Positions 29,122 to 37,999 of a stretch of DNA of 51,191 bases are shown here, in pieces. The stretch covers positions 1-51,191 of IMG/VR virus record IMGVR_UViG_3300033153_012783; one strand, written 5' to 3'. Made by a program: the position numbers and the translations under genes. The stretch's first letter is position 1, and every line of letters starts with the position of its first letter. The notes below the pieces were generated by a model that was given only the letters and a program-made list of their open reading frames with translations, had not been told where the DNA came from and did not search any database. Source of the DNA: a virus (Duplodnaviria > Caudoviricetes).

Positions 29122-29616
29122 TTAAATAGAAATATATTTTCCTGATATCCCACAACATCGAAGTAATTCAGCATCTTTGTTGCCATAGGCCACCAATATA
29201 GACGGGGCTCCAGCATTAGCCTTTGCCCGGGTTCCATCGATATGATGAAAATGCAATCGACCATAAATGAAAAGCACTGCTGTAGCCTTTTCCCAGACCT
29301 CAGTCACGAACATTTCGGTTTCTGTCCTGGCGAATATCAGAGCAGTTCCTTGACCATGCTTTGCCAGTCTAGCCAGCCATTTGCCCGTCTTTCTACCATA
29401 TGGAGGATTGCACCAGACGCGCCCAAACCATTCTTGCCATAGCCCATCATCCTCAGTGGTGTAATGGGTTTTTGCGGTATTCCATGGCCGCTGCATTGAT
29501 GCGCATGGATCCAGATCGAATTGACCAAGAGCCTTTAATATTTCAGGCGGGGTTAGCCAATCTTCTTTTTTCATATTGGCCGATTGATGGCTTCCCATTC
29601 CCTTAGTCATTTTCAA
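29122..29616 (-). CDS. Phage DNA N6-adenine methyltransferase (Dam family)
   Basis: WLTP, FDLDPCA, VWCNPPYG, ARTET. Confidence 0.9.
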   Translation of the reverse strand: MKMTKGMGSHQSANMKKEDWLTPPEILKALGQFDLDPCASMQRPWNTAKTHYTTEDDGLWQEWFGRVWCNPPYGRKTGKWLARLAKHGQGTALIFARTETEMFVTEVWEKATAVLFIYGRLHFHHIDGTRAKANAGAPSILVAYGNKDAELLRCCGISGKYISI

Positions 29617-29878
29617 ACATATCCTCTGTTCTGGTGCACCGCGGAGTCAGCCTAGTTTCTGTGTTGTGATTGTATGCAGCGCACATCGGCTTTCCGTTTT
29701 CGTCATACGTCCACTCACCAGGATAGTTATCATCATCAACATTAAAGGCGAATGTATCACCGAGAATCTGGCAGTATTCCTCTGTCTCTGGGTCTTTATA
29801 ATGCAGGCAATTACCGCACCATTCGGCGGTGAATATATCGCCCTCTGTCCCGTTACTTGGTCGATATTTTTCTGGCAT
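29603..29878 (-). CDS. Hypothetical Cys-containing protein
   Basis: YRPSNGTEG..F...WC..C motif. Confidence 0.75.
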   Translation of the reverse strand: MPEKYRPSNGTEGDIFTAEWCGNCLHYKDPETEEYCQILGDTFAFNVDDDNYPGEWTYDENGKPMCAAYNHNTETRLTPRCTRTEDMFEND

Positions 29879-29879
29879 A

Positions 29880-30074
29880 TCAATCCGCTTCCACGAACAA
29901 AATCCAATAAATAATGATGTACGGCCAGAGGCATAGAATCATAAATCTGACCGGTCTCGGTAGTTTCACAATATCTTTGGCAAGCGAATCGTGCATGGTG
30001 TCAATTAGATGGAAGAATAAAAATGCGCCGCCTATATGTAGCGCTACCACCCAGATTGTTAAAAATATGATCAC
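29880..30074 (-). CDS. Small two-TM membrane protein
   Basis: Two hydrophobic segments; GGAG RBS. Confidence 0.65.
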   Translation of the reverse strand: MIIFLTIWVVALHIGGAFLFFHLIDTMHDSLAKDIVKLPRPVRFMILCLWPYIIIYWILFVEAD

Positions 30075-30138
30075 ATCAATTTCTCCCTAAATAATTCGGT
30101 ATTAGCCGCACACAACCGAAGCTATGCGCGGCCATTGA

Positions 30139-30363
30139 TCAGAAAGTTGTCGGCTGGGCTATGCCTCGTATCGCCCACATGAAGCCTTGCTGAAGGTTAG
30201 TTTTACCGAGAGCAACATTCCGTTTATCGGTACTCTCCGTGGCTTCCAGTTTGGCGATGAATTCACCACATTTTTCGGCCAATTCTTTGCCTTCGTTCAT
30301 CAGGTCAATTTCTTCCTGTGATAAATCACGGTATCCCTTAATTTTTTGGTGTTGATTATCCAT
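30139..30363 (-). CDS. acb2: Anti-CBASS cyclic-nucleotide sponge, Acb2 family
   Basis: MDNQHQKIKGYRDLSQEEIDLMN...GKTNLQQGFMWAIRGIAQP closely matches the Acb2 pattern as recalled. Confidence 0.9.
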   Translation of the reverse strand: MDNQHQKIKGYRDLSQEEIDLMNEGKELAEKCGEFIAKLEATESTDKRNVALGKTNLQQGFMWAIRGIAQPTTF

Positions 30364-30423
30364 TTTATCCTCGCTTTCAATAATGCCCGAACTTATTCCA
30401 GCATCAGGCAGGCTCTGGTTAAT

Positions 30424-30678
30424 TCAGGACTGTAATTCGTGCGCTTTAATATCTGGCATGCCTTGCTCCCAACCATCAAGCAGAGATTTCATGGCGGCCA
30501 CTACATCAGATCGCTCACAATTACTGATATAATTCATTCTTGAATTTGGTTCTGTTTGAAACACAATCAGGCTGAATTGCATTTTTTGCCCTGCGATCTC
30601 TTCCAGCGCCTCATCCAACTCATCAGCAAGACTTCTGAGTGATTCTGATATTTTCCGATCCGGTGTGCTTAATCCCAT
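30424..30678 (-). CDS. Hypothetical protein
   Basis: FSLIVF...NYISNCER motif; strong RBS. Confidence 0.75.
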   Translation of the reverse strand: MGLSTPDRKISESLRSLADELDEALEEIAGQKMQFSLIVFQTEPNSRMNYISNCERSDVVAAMKSLLDGWEQGMPDIKAHELQS

Positions 30679-30681
30679 AAT

Positions 30682-30846
30682 TTACCCCTCGTATTTATCA
30701 ATTATCGATTTAAAATGCCGGTAAACCCTCAATACCGCCAAATGGTAAAACGGTATATTTATTCGCCCATTCTGGCATCTGCACTCAATATATGGCCGCC
30801 AGGATGTGTATCCAAAACCATCACATTTCGGGCAGGTTATTTTCAC
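30682..30846 (-). CDS. Small CxxCxGxG Zn-finger protein (54 aa; not in ORF track)
   Basis: VKITCPKCDGFG...CRCQNG; fills the gap and is coupled to the upstream stop. Confidence 0.55.
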   Translation of the reverse strand: MKITCPKCDGFGYTSWRPYIECRCQNGRINIPFYHLAVLRVYRHFKSIIDKYEG

Positions 30847-31358
30847 TGATCAACAAACTCAGGTAGTGGAATGATGCAGTAGCGGGCTACGTTTATAGAA
30901 ATCCTCGCCCTGAAATCAACCCCTATTTTTAGTTGCGTAATAGACCCAGATATAGCTTGTGAAATAATAAAACTATTGTCTGGGCAGAGAATAATATCTG
31001 GCTGAGATTCGTCATATTCCACCCAATTAGGTAGGCTCACAGCATCGGGGTCGGGTTTGCAATTGTGCCATCTGGTTCCTTCTCCGTGCCAGACAACAAA
31101 AGGTTGATATCCAACAGTGTCACCACTTGGTGTTTTCATATAGCTGTCAAAATGCCCTTTAACCCAACGCTCTTTATCTTGACTTACCAACACTGGCTGA
31201 CCCTTATAGAATCTGGGTTTTGGCGCCATTGCAGCCTTAACTTTTTTAGCGGATTCTCTCGCCTTCGCTCCAATCTTAGCCAGCGAGATTAGGTAGCCAG
31301 GGTCTTTAGCCAACTCCATTAATAATTCATATCCTTCTTTTCTTAATTTCTCATCCAT
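30843..31358 (-). CDS. Hypothetical protein
   Basis: TAATG-coupled ORF in the leftward operon. Confidence 0.7.
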   Translation of the reverse strand: MDEKLRKEGYELLMELAKDPGYLISLAKIGAKARESAKKVKAAMAPKPRFYKGQPVLVSQDKERWVKGHFDSYMKTPSGDTVGYQPFVVWHGEGTRWHNCKPDPDAVSLPNWVEYDESQPDIILCPDNSFIISQAISGSITQLKIGVDFRARISINVARYCIIPLPEFVDQ

Positions 31359-31891
31359 TATCTTTCCCTCGGATAATAATCATTGAATTTTTCGCGCCCG
31401 GCACAGTGGCCTTTCGGTGCTGTTTTATCCCAGCCTTTTGATGCTTTCACATCATATGGTTGGTGATACATGACAATGGGCTCATCTTTAACTCGCCTCA
31501 GAAACCCCCACCCCTTTATCCTGGGCCCATGCACAAATAGCGTATAGGTTTCAGGCTTGGCGTCGCCGATCCGATGGAACACTGGCGCATTGATGATATT
31601 GATCTTGCCGCGGTGAATGTTTCTGGTTTTCGATACCCATCCGCCATTTTTCAGGTCGAAATACTGAAGGCGCTCTTCCTTGTAACCACCGGCTAGGACA
31701 ATGGCAAAAGCCCAGCCCCATGGATGATCGTGCACGTTGCGCTCTGTATCGGCGCTGACGAACCGGTGGAGATAAAACGTGATGCCAAATATCTTGCCGA
31801 TGTAATACCGTTCCAGATATGGATTGCCATCTATTTTGATCAGCCGGCAGGGCAGGTTGGCGCCCAGGTTAAAGAGTAGTTTTTTAATCAT
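31358..31891 (-). CDS. Cupin-like protein
   Basis: YLHRF, HDHPW, GGYKEE, FHRI, TLFVHGPR..WGF. Confidence 0.8.
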   Translation of the reverse strand: MIKKLLFNLGANLPCRLIKIDGNPYLERYYIGKIFGITFYLHRFVSADTERNVHDHPWGWAFAIVLAGGYKEERLQYFDLKNGGWVSKTRNIHRGKINIINAPVFHRIGDAKPETYTLFVHGPRIKGWGFLRRVKDEPIVMYHQPYDVKASKGWDKTAPKGHCAGREKFNDYYPRER

Positions 31892-31892
31892 A

Positions 31893-32426
31893 TCAATCCA
31901 CCCCCATAACAGTAAAAGTACCACCGACACTCGCTATTGAGTCTGAAGTAATACTCAGCGCCTTTTTAATTCTTGCTTCTGGTCGCATTTTGTCTAATGC
32001 CAACACTGCGCCCATAGCAACCTGCTCACCGGAACCAACACAACTGATACCGTTGGTCGGTTTTATGATAGAAAAATCGTTTTGCAATTCATATATCTTC
32101 CCAGCAAGACCTATGATGCAATTCCCGCCAAAGTCAACGCTGTCTTTAATCTTCGCCGCACCATGCTCTTTTAAGCATCTGCGAATCTCTGGAACAATGT
32201 GGGCAACCAGGTAGTCATACGATGTGTTATTTTTTGTTATTATTTCCCTCATGTGATGTTGGATGATTTGCCCAAATCTGTAAGATGTGGTGTACCCAAA
32301 GACCATCCCATACTTCTTAAATAACTTTGGCGTATCGTATGTGGCTTTCCGCCACCCATCAGAACCTAAGCTATCTGCTCCAATGTATGCTTTACCTTTA
32401 TGTTCTAAACCGATAATACAAGTCAT
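31893..32426 (-). CDS. HslV/proteasome-like Ntn-hydrolase peptidase
   Basis: Likely start MTCIIG (N-terminal Thr), GADS, VGSG..VAMGA. Confidence 0.85.
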   Translation of the reverse strand: MTCIIGLEHKGKAYIGADSLGSDGWRKATYDTPKLFKKYGMVFGYTTSYRFGQIIQHHMREIITKNNTSYDYLVAHIVPEIRRCLKEHGAAKIKDSVDFGGNCIIGLAGKIYELQNDFSIIKPTNGISCVGSGEQVAMGAVLALDKMRPEARIKKALSITSDSIASVGGTFTVMGVD

Positions 32427-32427
32427 A

Positions 32428-32610
32428 TTATCCACCCACCTTCTTCGGCTGATTATTAATAATATCGTCCCGTTTGACCTGCATGTGCTTTGGTGCATCA
32501 ATAGCAATGCGCACCTGTCTATCGCCACGAAGAAATTCAACTATGGTAATTTTAATATCATCGCCAATCGTAAAAGATTGAAGCGCCTTTCTAGTGATTA
32601 CGAGTGCCAT
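32428..32610 (-). CDS. csrA: CsrA/RsmA-family RNA-binding regulator
   Basis: LVITRK..QSFTIGDDIKITIV...QVRIAIDAPKHMQVKRDDI. Confidence 0.9.
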   Translation of the reverse strand: MALVITRKALQSFTIGDDIKITIVEFLRGDRQVRIAIDAPKHMQVKRDDIINNQPKKVGG

Positions 32611-33001
32611 CTTTTTCTCCCTCCTGTAATTTTTGTGCATATATTTTTTTAACTTCAATCATGTGCCTTTCCAAAATAAGCCCAAGATGGTGTACCACTG
32701 AGTGGACTTTGCGGCCTGATCCATCTGGAATAATGTAATCTCCGCCAGGTTGAAAGGTTTCCTTCATGTCGGCAATAATTCTGCTTATTGGTGCACCATC
32801 TTCAAGCTGTCGGCTCCATGACGTCATGAGTCCCGTGATCCATTGGAATGATTCCATTTCTTTGCTGTTTAGCATGAAAGCAATTGGATCCGGCACACCG
32901 ATTACTGTGAAATATCCGGCATGATCGCTGACCCCAGGCGATCTGAATTTATAGGTGATGCCATCATCAACGCTCACATTATCGTCAATGATTTCTGTCA
33001 A
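32591..33001 (-). CDS. NrdJb/TSCPD-like domain protein
   Basis: YKFRSP..SDHAGYFTV, NSKEMESFQWI, F.PGG.Y, SVV..LG.ILERHM resemble the class II RNR NrdJb subunit. Confidence 0.65.
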   Translation of the reverse strand: MTEIIDDNVSVDDGITYKFRSPGVSDHAGYFTVIGVPDPIAFMLNSKEMESFQWITGLMTSWSRQLEDGAPISRIIADMKETFQPGGDYIIPDGSGRKVHSVVHHLGLILERHMIEVKKIYAQKLQEGEKDGTRNH

Positions 33002-33303
33002 GATTTGCCCCTTGCTTTGGCTAACGTTGCATCAGTGTCAATTATTCCTTGAATATGATCGGTGCAATCAGGCCCGATACCATCTTCGTTGTTTTGCATA
33101 AATTTCAATGAATCCTGTAGCAGTGTTCTTGTTCTGATCAAGAGTTCATACATATTCGGTGATTCAGCCATAAGAACGGCATCGTATTTCCATGGACCAA
33201 AGTCTTGGAAAACCTCAGCAATCTCATTTCCATCAGCATCAAGGATCGAGGCTGCATCATCTTTGTTAATTTTCCACGGGCTTTTTGAAAACTTAGTATC
33301 CAT
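32998..33303 (-). CDS. Hypothetical protein (phage xPW...AP.M.E.L...AKARG type)
   Basis: SPWKI, ESPNMYELL, LAKARG. Confidence 0.75.
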   Translation of the reverse strand: MDTKFSKSPWKINKDDAASILDADGNEIAEVFQDFGPWKYDAVLMAESPNMYELLIRTRTLLQDSLKFMQNNEDGIGPDCTDHIQGIIDTDATLAKARGKS

Positions 33304-33306
33304 AAT

Positions 33307-33474
33307 TCATTCCTTTTTTAATAAAATTGTCTCAACCAATTCGCGCACCCTGAAAGCAACCTCTACTGGAGATTTCAACCACATGGTCATATCTGGAAGC
33401 TCATGGCCATCCTTCAGTAGAATGACGTCACAGCCGCCTTTGTCTGGAATGATTTCTATTGAGAACATGGCCAT
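33307..33474 (-). CDS. Small hypothetical protein (55 aa; not in ORF track)
   Basis: MAMFSIEIIPDKGGCDV...LLKKE; fills the gap in the operon. Confidence 0.55.
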   Translation of the reverse strand: MAMFSIEIIPDKGGCDVILLKDGHELPDMTMWLKSPVEVAFRVRELVETILLKKE

Positions 33475-33752
33475 TAATTAATTTTCCAGACAATCGATCG
33501 ATCTCGCCTTTCACAGCTATCTTTCACCATGTAACGCCTGGCCAGCGGTCTCATGCGTGGTGAAATCGTTACATGATCATAGCCAGTAGCAGCAGCGATC
33601 TCCTTCGTTGTGGCACCATCAAATCCATTTCGTTTTCGATCTTCCAGATAATCGAGAACAATTTTTTCGAGTTTCTGGATTTTCCCGGTGACACGCTCTG
33701 CCGCATTGTGTGAAGTATCTGGATCGGTATTCCTTGATAGTCCTTGTTCCAT
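33474..33752 (-). CDS. Winged-helix DNA-binding protein
   Basis: RNTDPDTSH.AA; TTKEIA...TISPRMRPL HTH. Confidence 0.8.
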   Translation of the reverse strand: MEQGLSRNTDPDTSHNAAERVTGKIQKLEKIVLDYLEDRKRNGFDGATTKEIAAATGYDHVTISPRMRPLARRYMVKDSCERRDRSIVWKIN

Positions 33753-33778
33753 GATTGCTCCTTTTGTTTAGATGAAAA

Positions 33779-34843
33779 TCATCTTTTCCACTTCTTCGCA
33801 TCGATCAATAATTTTTTAAATGAAACTATTGCCTGCCGGCGCATATATTTTTTATTTTTACCAAACCATTCATCCAATTCCTGATGAACTGAAATGTCGA
33901 GTTTGTAATCTTTGACATCGGCCTGGTATGCAGAAGTGCTTTTGACAATTCCCCCGTAATAACCGCCGCTGACATAAACTTTCATGCCTTTTTCTACCAG
34001 AGAATCAAGCTCTGATTGGTCCTTGGCAATGACTTCTTCGGGATGTTGAGCCCTGAAATGTCTATAACATGCATCTTTTACTATTTCTGGCGTATTCCAG
34101 TCGGCATATCCAACATCATCCAAATTGGCCTCGATTAGACTGACCACCAATTCCATATCATCAGACTCAAACCACATTTTGGTGGTAATCATTTGGAGAT
34201 CATAGTTGCTGACCGTTTGTCGATCTCGCTCTAATTTAATATGGCGGGGCTCTATATCGTATCCATAGCGCAAATCGTTATTGCAAATAAACAGACCACC
34301 AACATAAAGTCGGCCAGGCTTATTAATGAGAATTTTTCCGTATTGGGTTTGCTTTATTTCGCCGATTTCATCTTGAAGATGTAGGCAAGTATCCTGAATT
34401 TGATCGAAATCGAAATCAGAAAGACCTGATACTTCGAACGTCACTCCCTCATTGATGGTGCTTGCTGATGTGGATACCACATACAACATTTCAGATTCAT
34501 ATTTGCGATTGAAACGGAACTCAGGCGTCCAAATATTCCGGCAGTTGTGGATTTTTACATCATAACCAAGGCGGGTGAGAACCAGCATGGCGATTTTGTA
34601 ACCTTCACCAAAATTACCTATTGATTCAGGATCGTCTGCTTTGTTGGATGTCCCAAGTAGTAGAGTTTTTGGCTCCAGTTTGCTAAAACGTGAATGTAAC
34701 AACAGCGTGCCATCTGAAAATTCCCACTCGAACGGTGAATCGCTATCGATCGCGTTCTGAAGCAACTCCCGTATGCCTTCGACCATTCCCCAGTGGCTGA
34801 CATAGTTTTTTGACATCGATAATTCATATGATTTATTTAACAT
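33779..34843 (-). CDS. GHKL (HATPase_c) ATPase
   Basis: RELLQNAID, LLLGTSNK, IGNFGEGYK. Confidence 0.88.
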   Translation of the reverse strand: MLNKSYELSMSKNYVSHWGMVEGIRELLQNAIDSDSPFEWEFSDGTLLLHSRFSKLEPKTLLLGTSNKADDPESIGNFGEGYKIAMLVLTRLGYDVKIHNCRNIWTPEFRFNRKYESEMLYVVSTSASTINEGVTFEVSGLSDFDFDQIQDTCLHLQDEIGEIKQTQYGKILINKPGRLYVGGLFICNNDLRYGYDIEPRHIKLERDRQTVSNYDLQMITTKMWFESDDMELVVSLIEANLDDVGYADWNTPEIVKDACYRHFRAQHPEEVIAKDQSELDSLVEKGMKVYVSGGYYGGIVKSTSAYQADVKDYKLDISVHQELDEWFGKNKKYMRRQAIVSFKKLLIDAKKWKR

Positions 34844-34860
34844 TTTTATTCCTTTAATTA

Positions 34861-34943
34861 GGTGGAGTCTGGCTTTTACCGCGGCTTGACCAAATACCAG
34901 AAAGGCGTTAGGGCAGCTCCGTTCCGCTGACTAACCAGACCCC
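34861..34943 (-). ncRNA. Candidate ~80-nt structured RNA between recT and the GHKL gene
   Basis: GGGGTCTGGTT pairs with AGCCAGACTCC; internal CAGC-GGAACGGA-GCTG hairpin. Confidence 0.45.
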
Positions 34944-34948
34944 TTAAC

Positions 34949-35968
34949 TTATTTCAGCAGTTCTTTAATCTTGGCCTCTGCCATTTCTGACAATTCTGCC
35001 TGCTGTTTTTCATCCTCAATCTGGCCGATCAAATCACTCACCAGATCCACATCATCTGTGGTCTTGGCTTCGTTAATTTTCTCGGCCAGCTCTGCGAAGG
35101 TGACAACCGGTGCGCCATCTGATCCGGTTTCCTTGATCTCGCCGGTATCTGTATCCACATCAACCGCTTCCTCATTCTGATCGCCACCAGATAGGGAAGC
35201 ATTCAACGCATCGGCGCTTCCAGCATCCGGCGTAATATCGATTTCCATGGATTCAAATTCGATCTCGTCGGACTCCTGAATGGCTTGCTGCAGTTCGACC
35301 GATGCCGGGCAGAATTTCAATACCCGCTTGATGACCGTTTTCCATGCCATAGCTTCGTAATCAGTTTTCCATGGGCCGTTGTTCTTGGCTTTCGATCTGG
35401 CCTTGATGGCGTCAATTTCTTCTGGCGTCATAGGACCGGGGCCAAACGTAGTAGTGCCATCCGTAAATTGAACAACAGCGTAATAAAGAATTGCCTCGCC
35501 GCGGTCTTTGATGGCCGGTTTGTGCACCAGCTTTCGATTAAGGCCAAGCTCAAATTCAAACTCATCGTTTTCACGTACCGTGGCTGGGAAAATATCAGCG
35601 ATTTGCCCAGAACGTCTGGCCAGATCAATCAAGCCTTGATACATGGGAATAAATTGGCACTCCATGACGCCTTTCTGGTTATTTCTGAAAGGTACCAAAG
35701 CCCCGCCGCGGCCATCGGGTATCAGTCCATGCTCCGCTGCTCTCATAACGCTTGCCACAATCGATTCCTGCGTGGCGTTGGCTAGTGTTGGGTTGCGCTG
35801 CACCTGCAGGAAAACAATTCGCATGAATCGCTCTGGGCTGATCTGGGGTGGCAGCAAGGTTTTCAGCTGAGTCAGTTTGCCAACTAAACTTTCTTTCAAA
35901 GTCGGAAGTCGGTTTTCAGTCTGGGCAACCTCTTTCGATTTTTCTGGTTTCTGTTTATCTTTTGACAT
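34949..35968 (-). CDS. recT: RecT single-strand annealing protein
   Basis: SPERFMRI, YQGLIDLARRSG, GPWKTDYEAMAWKTVIKR. Confidence 0.95.
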   Translation of the reverse strand: MSKDKQKPEKSKEVAQTENRLPTLKESLVGKLTQLKTLLPPQISPERFMRIVFLQVQRNPTLANATQESIVASVMRAAEHGLIPDGRGGALVPFRNNQKGVMECQFIPMYQGLIDLARRSGQIADIFPATVRENDEFEFELGLNRKLVHKPAIKDRGEAILYYAVVQFTDGTTTFGPGPMTPEEIDAIKARSKAKNNGPWKTDYEAMAWKTVIKRVLKFCPASVELQQAIQESDEIEFESMEIDITPDAGSADALNASLSGGDQNEEAVDVDTDTGEIKETGSDGAPVVTFAELAEKINEAKTTDDVDLVSDLIGQIEDEKQQAELSEMAEAKIKELLK

Positions 35969-36013
35969 TTTCTTTTCCTTTTATTGGTTTACATTTACAT
36001 TGCTGGTTTACAA

Positions 36014-36958
36014 TTATGAATATTTGCCGCGTTCAGCCCATGGGGGCAGAATTAAATCCCTGACTTCAGATGGATAGCAGGGCCATTCATCGTTCTTTTT
36101 ACATTCATCAAATGTGCGCATATCCTGTCGCCACATAGCATGTCCGATATGTTTAGCCTCTTTGTCGAGCGTATAAATCCCAATGGCATAAGGTGGTTTT
36201 TTCTCAACCACCACAAATACAAAGGCCTGAACCGGAACTTTAGCGGCCTTGAGCCCAGCCAAATACATCTGCTCCTGTACGTGGTATCGATAATCGCTGA
36301 CCGCCCTTATGAAGTCCGAATACCTGGCGCTGGCTGCAGTTTTCAGATCAACCGCTACTCCATGTGCCTCGTTGAAGAAATCAACTCTACCGCGGCATAG
36401 CCGTCCGATTTCTTTGTCCATCCAATACATCGACTTTTCCGCCCAGCCTTGGTCTGGATCCAGAAGGATTGACGCTACTGGGTGTGCACGAACCGCATCT
36501 CGAATATTATGAAGCGTTGCCCAATCGCCGGGCTCCCAAAATGGGTCTTTACCGGGCTTGTCTTTGATGATGGTTTTGCCGAATGCGGCTGCTTGCCATT
36601 GATCATAAACCTCAATTTGAGCCTGCGTTTTCGGCGTGATGGTCTTGGCATTAATCTGGGCTGATGTTGGCTTTTTCGGCGCATCATCCTTGATATATTC
36701 CTGATCAAACCGTTCAGGCTCTAGCACCAAGCAATGCAGCGCTGATCCGATAATCATGGCCGGCGTGGCCGGTGGCGGATTCTCTTTTTCGGTTAAGTAA
36801 TGCAGTGGACTGACGTTGATATTGTCCAATCCGTGCTTATTTATTCCTGGCGATCGGTGGTAAATATGCTCGGGAATATCATCCCTCAATCCTAATTTAC
36901 TAAAATCATATTCCGGCTTTTCATTAGCCTCGGTTGTATCGGTTTCGGTATCCGACAT
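36014..36958 (-). CDS. RecE-like PD-(D/E)xK exonuclease (ExoVIII/DUF3799 type)
   Basis: GSALHCLVLEP, CRGRVD, VDLKT, YRYHVQ..Y, FVVVEK; adjacent to recT. Confidence 0.9.
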   Translation of the reverse strand: MSDTETDTTEANEKPEYDFSKLGLRDDIPEHIYHRSPGINKHGLDNINVSPLHYLTEKENPPPATPAMIIGSALHCLVLEPERFDQEYIKDDAPKKPTSAQINAKTITPKTQAQIEVYDQWQAAAFGKTIIKDKPGKDPFWEPGDWATLHNIRDAVRAHPVASILLDPDQGWAEKSMYWMDKEIGRLCRGRVDFFNEAHGVAVDLKTAASARYSDFIRAVSDYRYHVQEQMYLAGLKAAKVPVQAFVFVVVEKKPPYAIGIYTLDKEAKHIGHAMWRQDMRTFDECKKNDEWPCYPSEVRDLILPPWAERGKYS

Positions 36959-36985
36959 AATGTTATCCCTCTTGTTAAAAATTAA

Positions 36986-37168
36986 TTACGCGGCTCCCAA
37001 ATATCTAAAAAATGGTTGTTTTATATCTCCATCACCATAAAAATCCATTCCAATTTTTCTCCATTCTCCATTTTTCCATAGGAAGGCGCTTCTCTTTGTA
37101 GTGCCTAGCCATCGCTGACTGAGCCTAAATACTAATTTACCAACATAAAATCTTTCTTCTTTTTCCAC
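36986..37168 (-). CDS. Hypothetical protein
   Basis: 60-aa ORF in the operon. Confidence 0.55.
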   Translation of the reverse strand: MEKEERFYVGKLVFRLSQRWLGTTKRSAFLWKNGEWRKIGMDFYGDGDIKQPFFRYLGAA

Positions 37169-37170
37169 TA

Positions 37171-37518
37171 TTACTTACCGCCTTCCAGCAAGTTAATGAT
37201 TGGCGTCACGGTGTAATCTTTGAATTCCTGGGGCGCTGAGTCATCAGGCTCGAGCATCGTGTAGATTTCCTTGCTCACACCACCAGCGGCGGCCAAAATG
37301 TCCTGCTGGTCATCGGTATACGCTTGGAATTTAACAACGACATCGGTAAGTGAATCAGCGGCCTCTGCGGCTTTGGCGATCCAGTTGGAACGATCATCCA
37401 AGCATGCGACAAGCAGTCTAACGAGCTCTTTATCGCAGTCCTCGGCATTGCCCTGGACGATGGCCTTGGCTGCTAAAACGTCTTTGTTGTCTTCTTTCTG
37501 TGGATCTAAATGAGACAT
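37171..37518 (-). CDS. Hypothetical protein, first gene of the leftward arm
   Basis: AAGGA RBS; downstream of the leftward promoter. Confidence 0.75.
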   Translation of the reverse strand: MSHLDPQKEDNKDVLAAKAIVQGNAEDCDKELVRLLVACLDDRSNWIAKAAEAADSLTDVVVKFQAYTDDQQDILAAAGGVSKEIYTMLEPDDSAPQEFKDYTVTPIINLLEGGK

Positions 37519-37573
37519 GATTCAATTCCTTTTTTCGGTATTATTTTGGTGTTTCTCTCTACTTCTGAAATTA

Positions 37574-37602
37574 ATACTAGATTATTTGGAAAGGAATGTC
37601 TA
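37574..37602 (-). promoter_or_regulatory. Leftward sigma70-like promoter
   Basis: TAGACA-N17-TAGTAT on the minus strand. Confidence 0.65.
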
Positions 37603-37606
37603 TAAT
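37578..37606 (+). promoter_or_regulatory. Rightward sigma70-like promoter
   Basis: TAGATT-N17-TATAAT. Confidence 0.65.
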
Positions 37607-37639
37607 AAATCGAAATTAATACAGAAAAGGCGAAATCAG

Positions 37640-37927
37640 ATGGTGCAAGCAGCGGAAAATATCAAAGAATCAACCAAATCAGCCCTGGAATTGTGCGAGG
37701 AAATGCAGGCATTTTTCAAAGAAGGCAGCCTTTTGACGAGAGCCTGTGATGAAACAGGGCTTGATTATGACGCCACCAGGTACGTTTTAAAGGGTGCTAC
37801 AAGCAAAGTACCAATGATGACAGCTGTTGTTCTGCCTAGATGGGTTGCCTTATGGAGATCCGCTGAGGTCGAGCGTAAGGCCTTGTCAAACATAGTTAAA
37901 GGGATAGCTGATAATAATGGGCGTTAA
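37640..37927 (+). CDS. Putative HTH regulator (Cro-like position)
   Basis: Likely start MVQAAE; LTRACDETGLDYDATRYVL resembles an HTH. Confidence 0.55.
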   Translation: MVQAAENIKESTKSALELCEEMQAFFKEGSLLTRACDETGLDYDATRYVLKGATSKVPMMTAVVLPRWVALWRSAEVERKALSNIVKGIADNNGR

Positions 37928-37999
37928 TCACCGATTTTTCTATTTTCTGGGGTTGGTAACCGGAATCATAATCCATATGCTCTGGGTTGAATTATAAGC

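Larger units (their letters stand above)
37567..37622. repeat. Direct repeat GAAATTAATAC x2 (putative operators)
   Basis: Copies at 37567-37577 and 37612-37622 flank the divergent promoters. Confidence 0.6.

Noticed and set aside
34861-34943. tRNA gene
   Set aside because: Lacks a TTCRA T-loop and canonical arms; kept only as a structured element.
37567-37622. T7-like promoter (GAAATTAATAC)
   Set aside because: The GACTCACTATA core is absent and no phage RNA polymerase is encoded.
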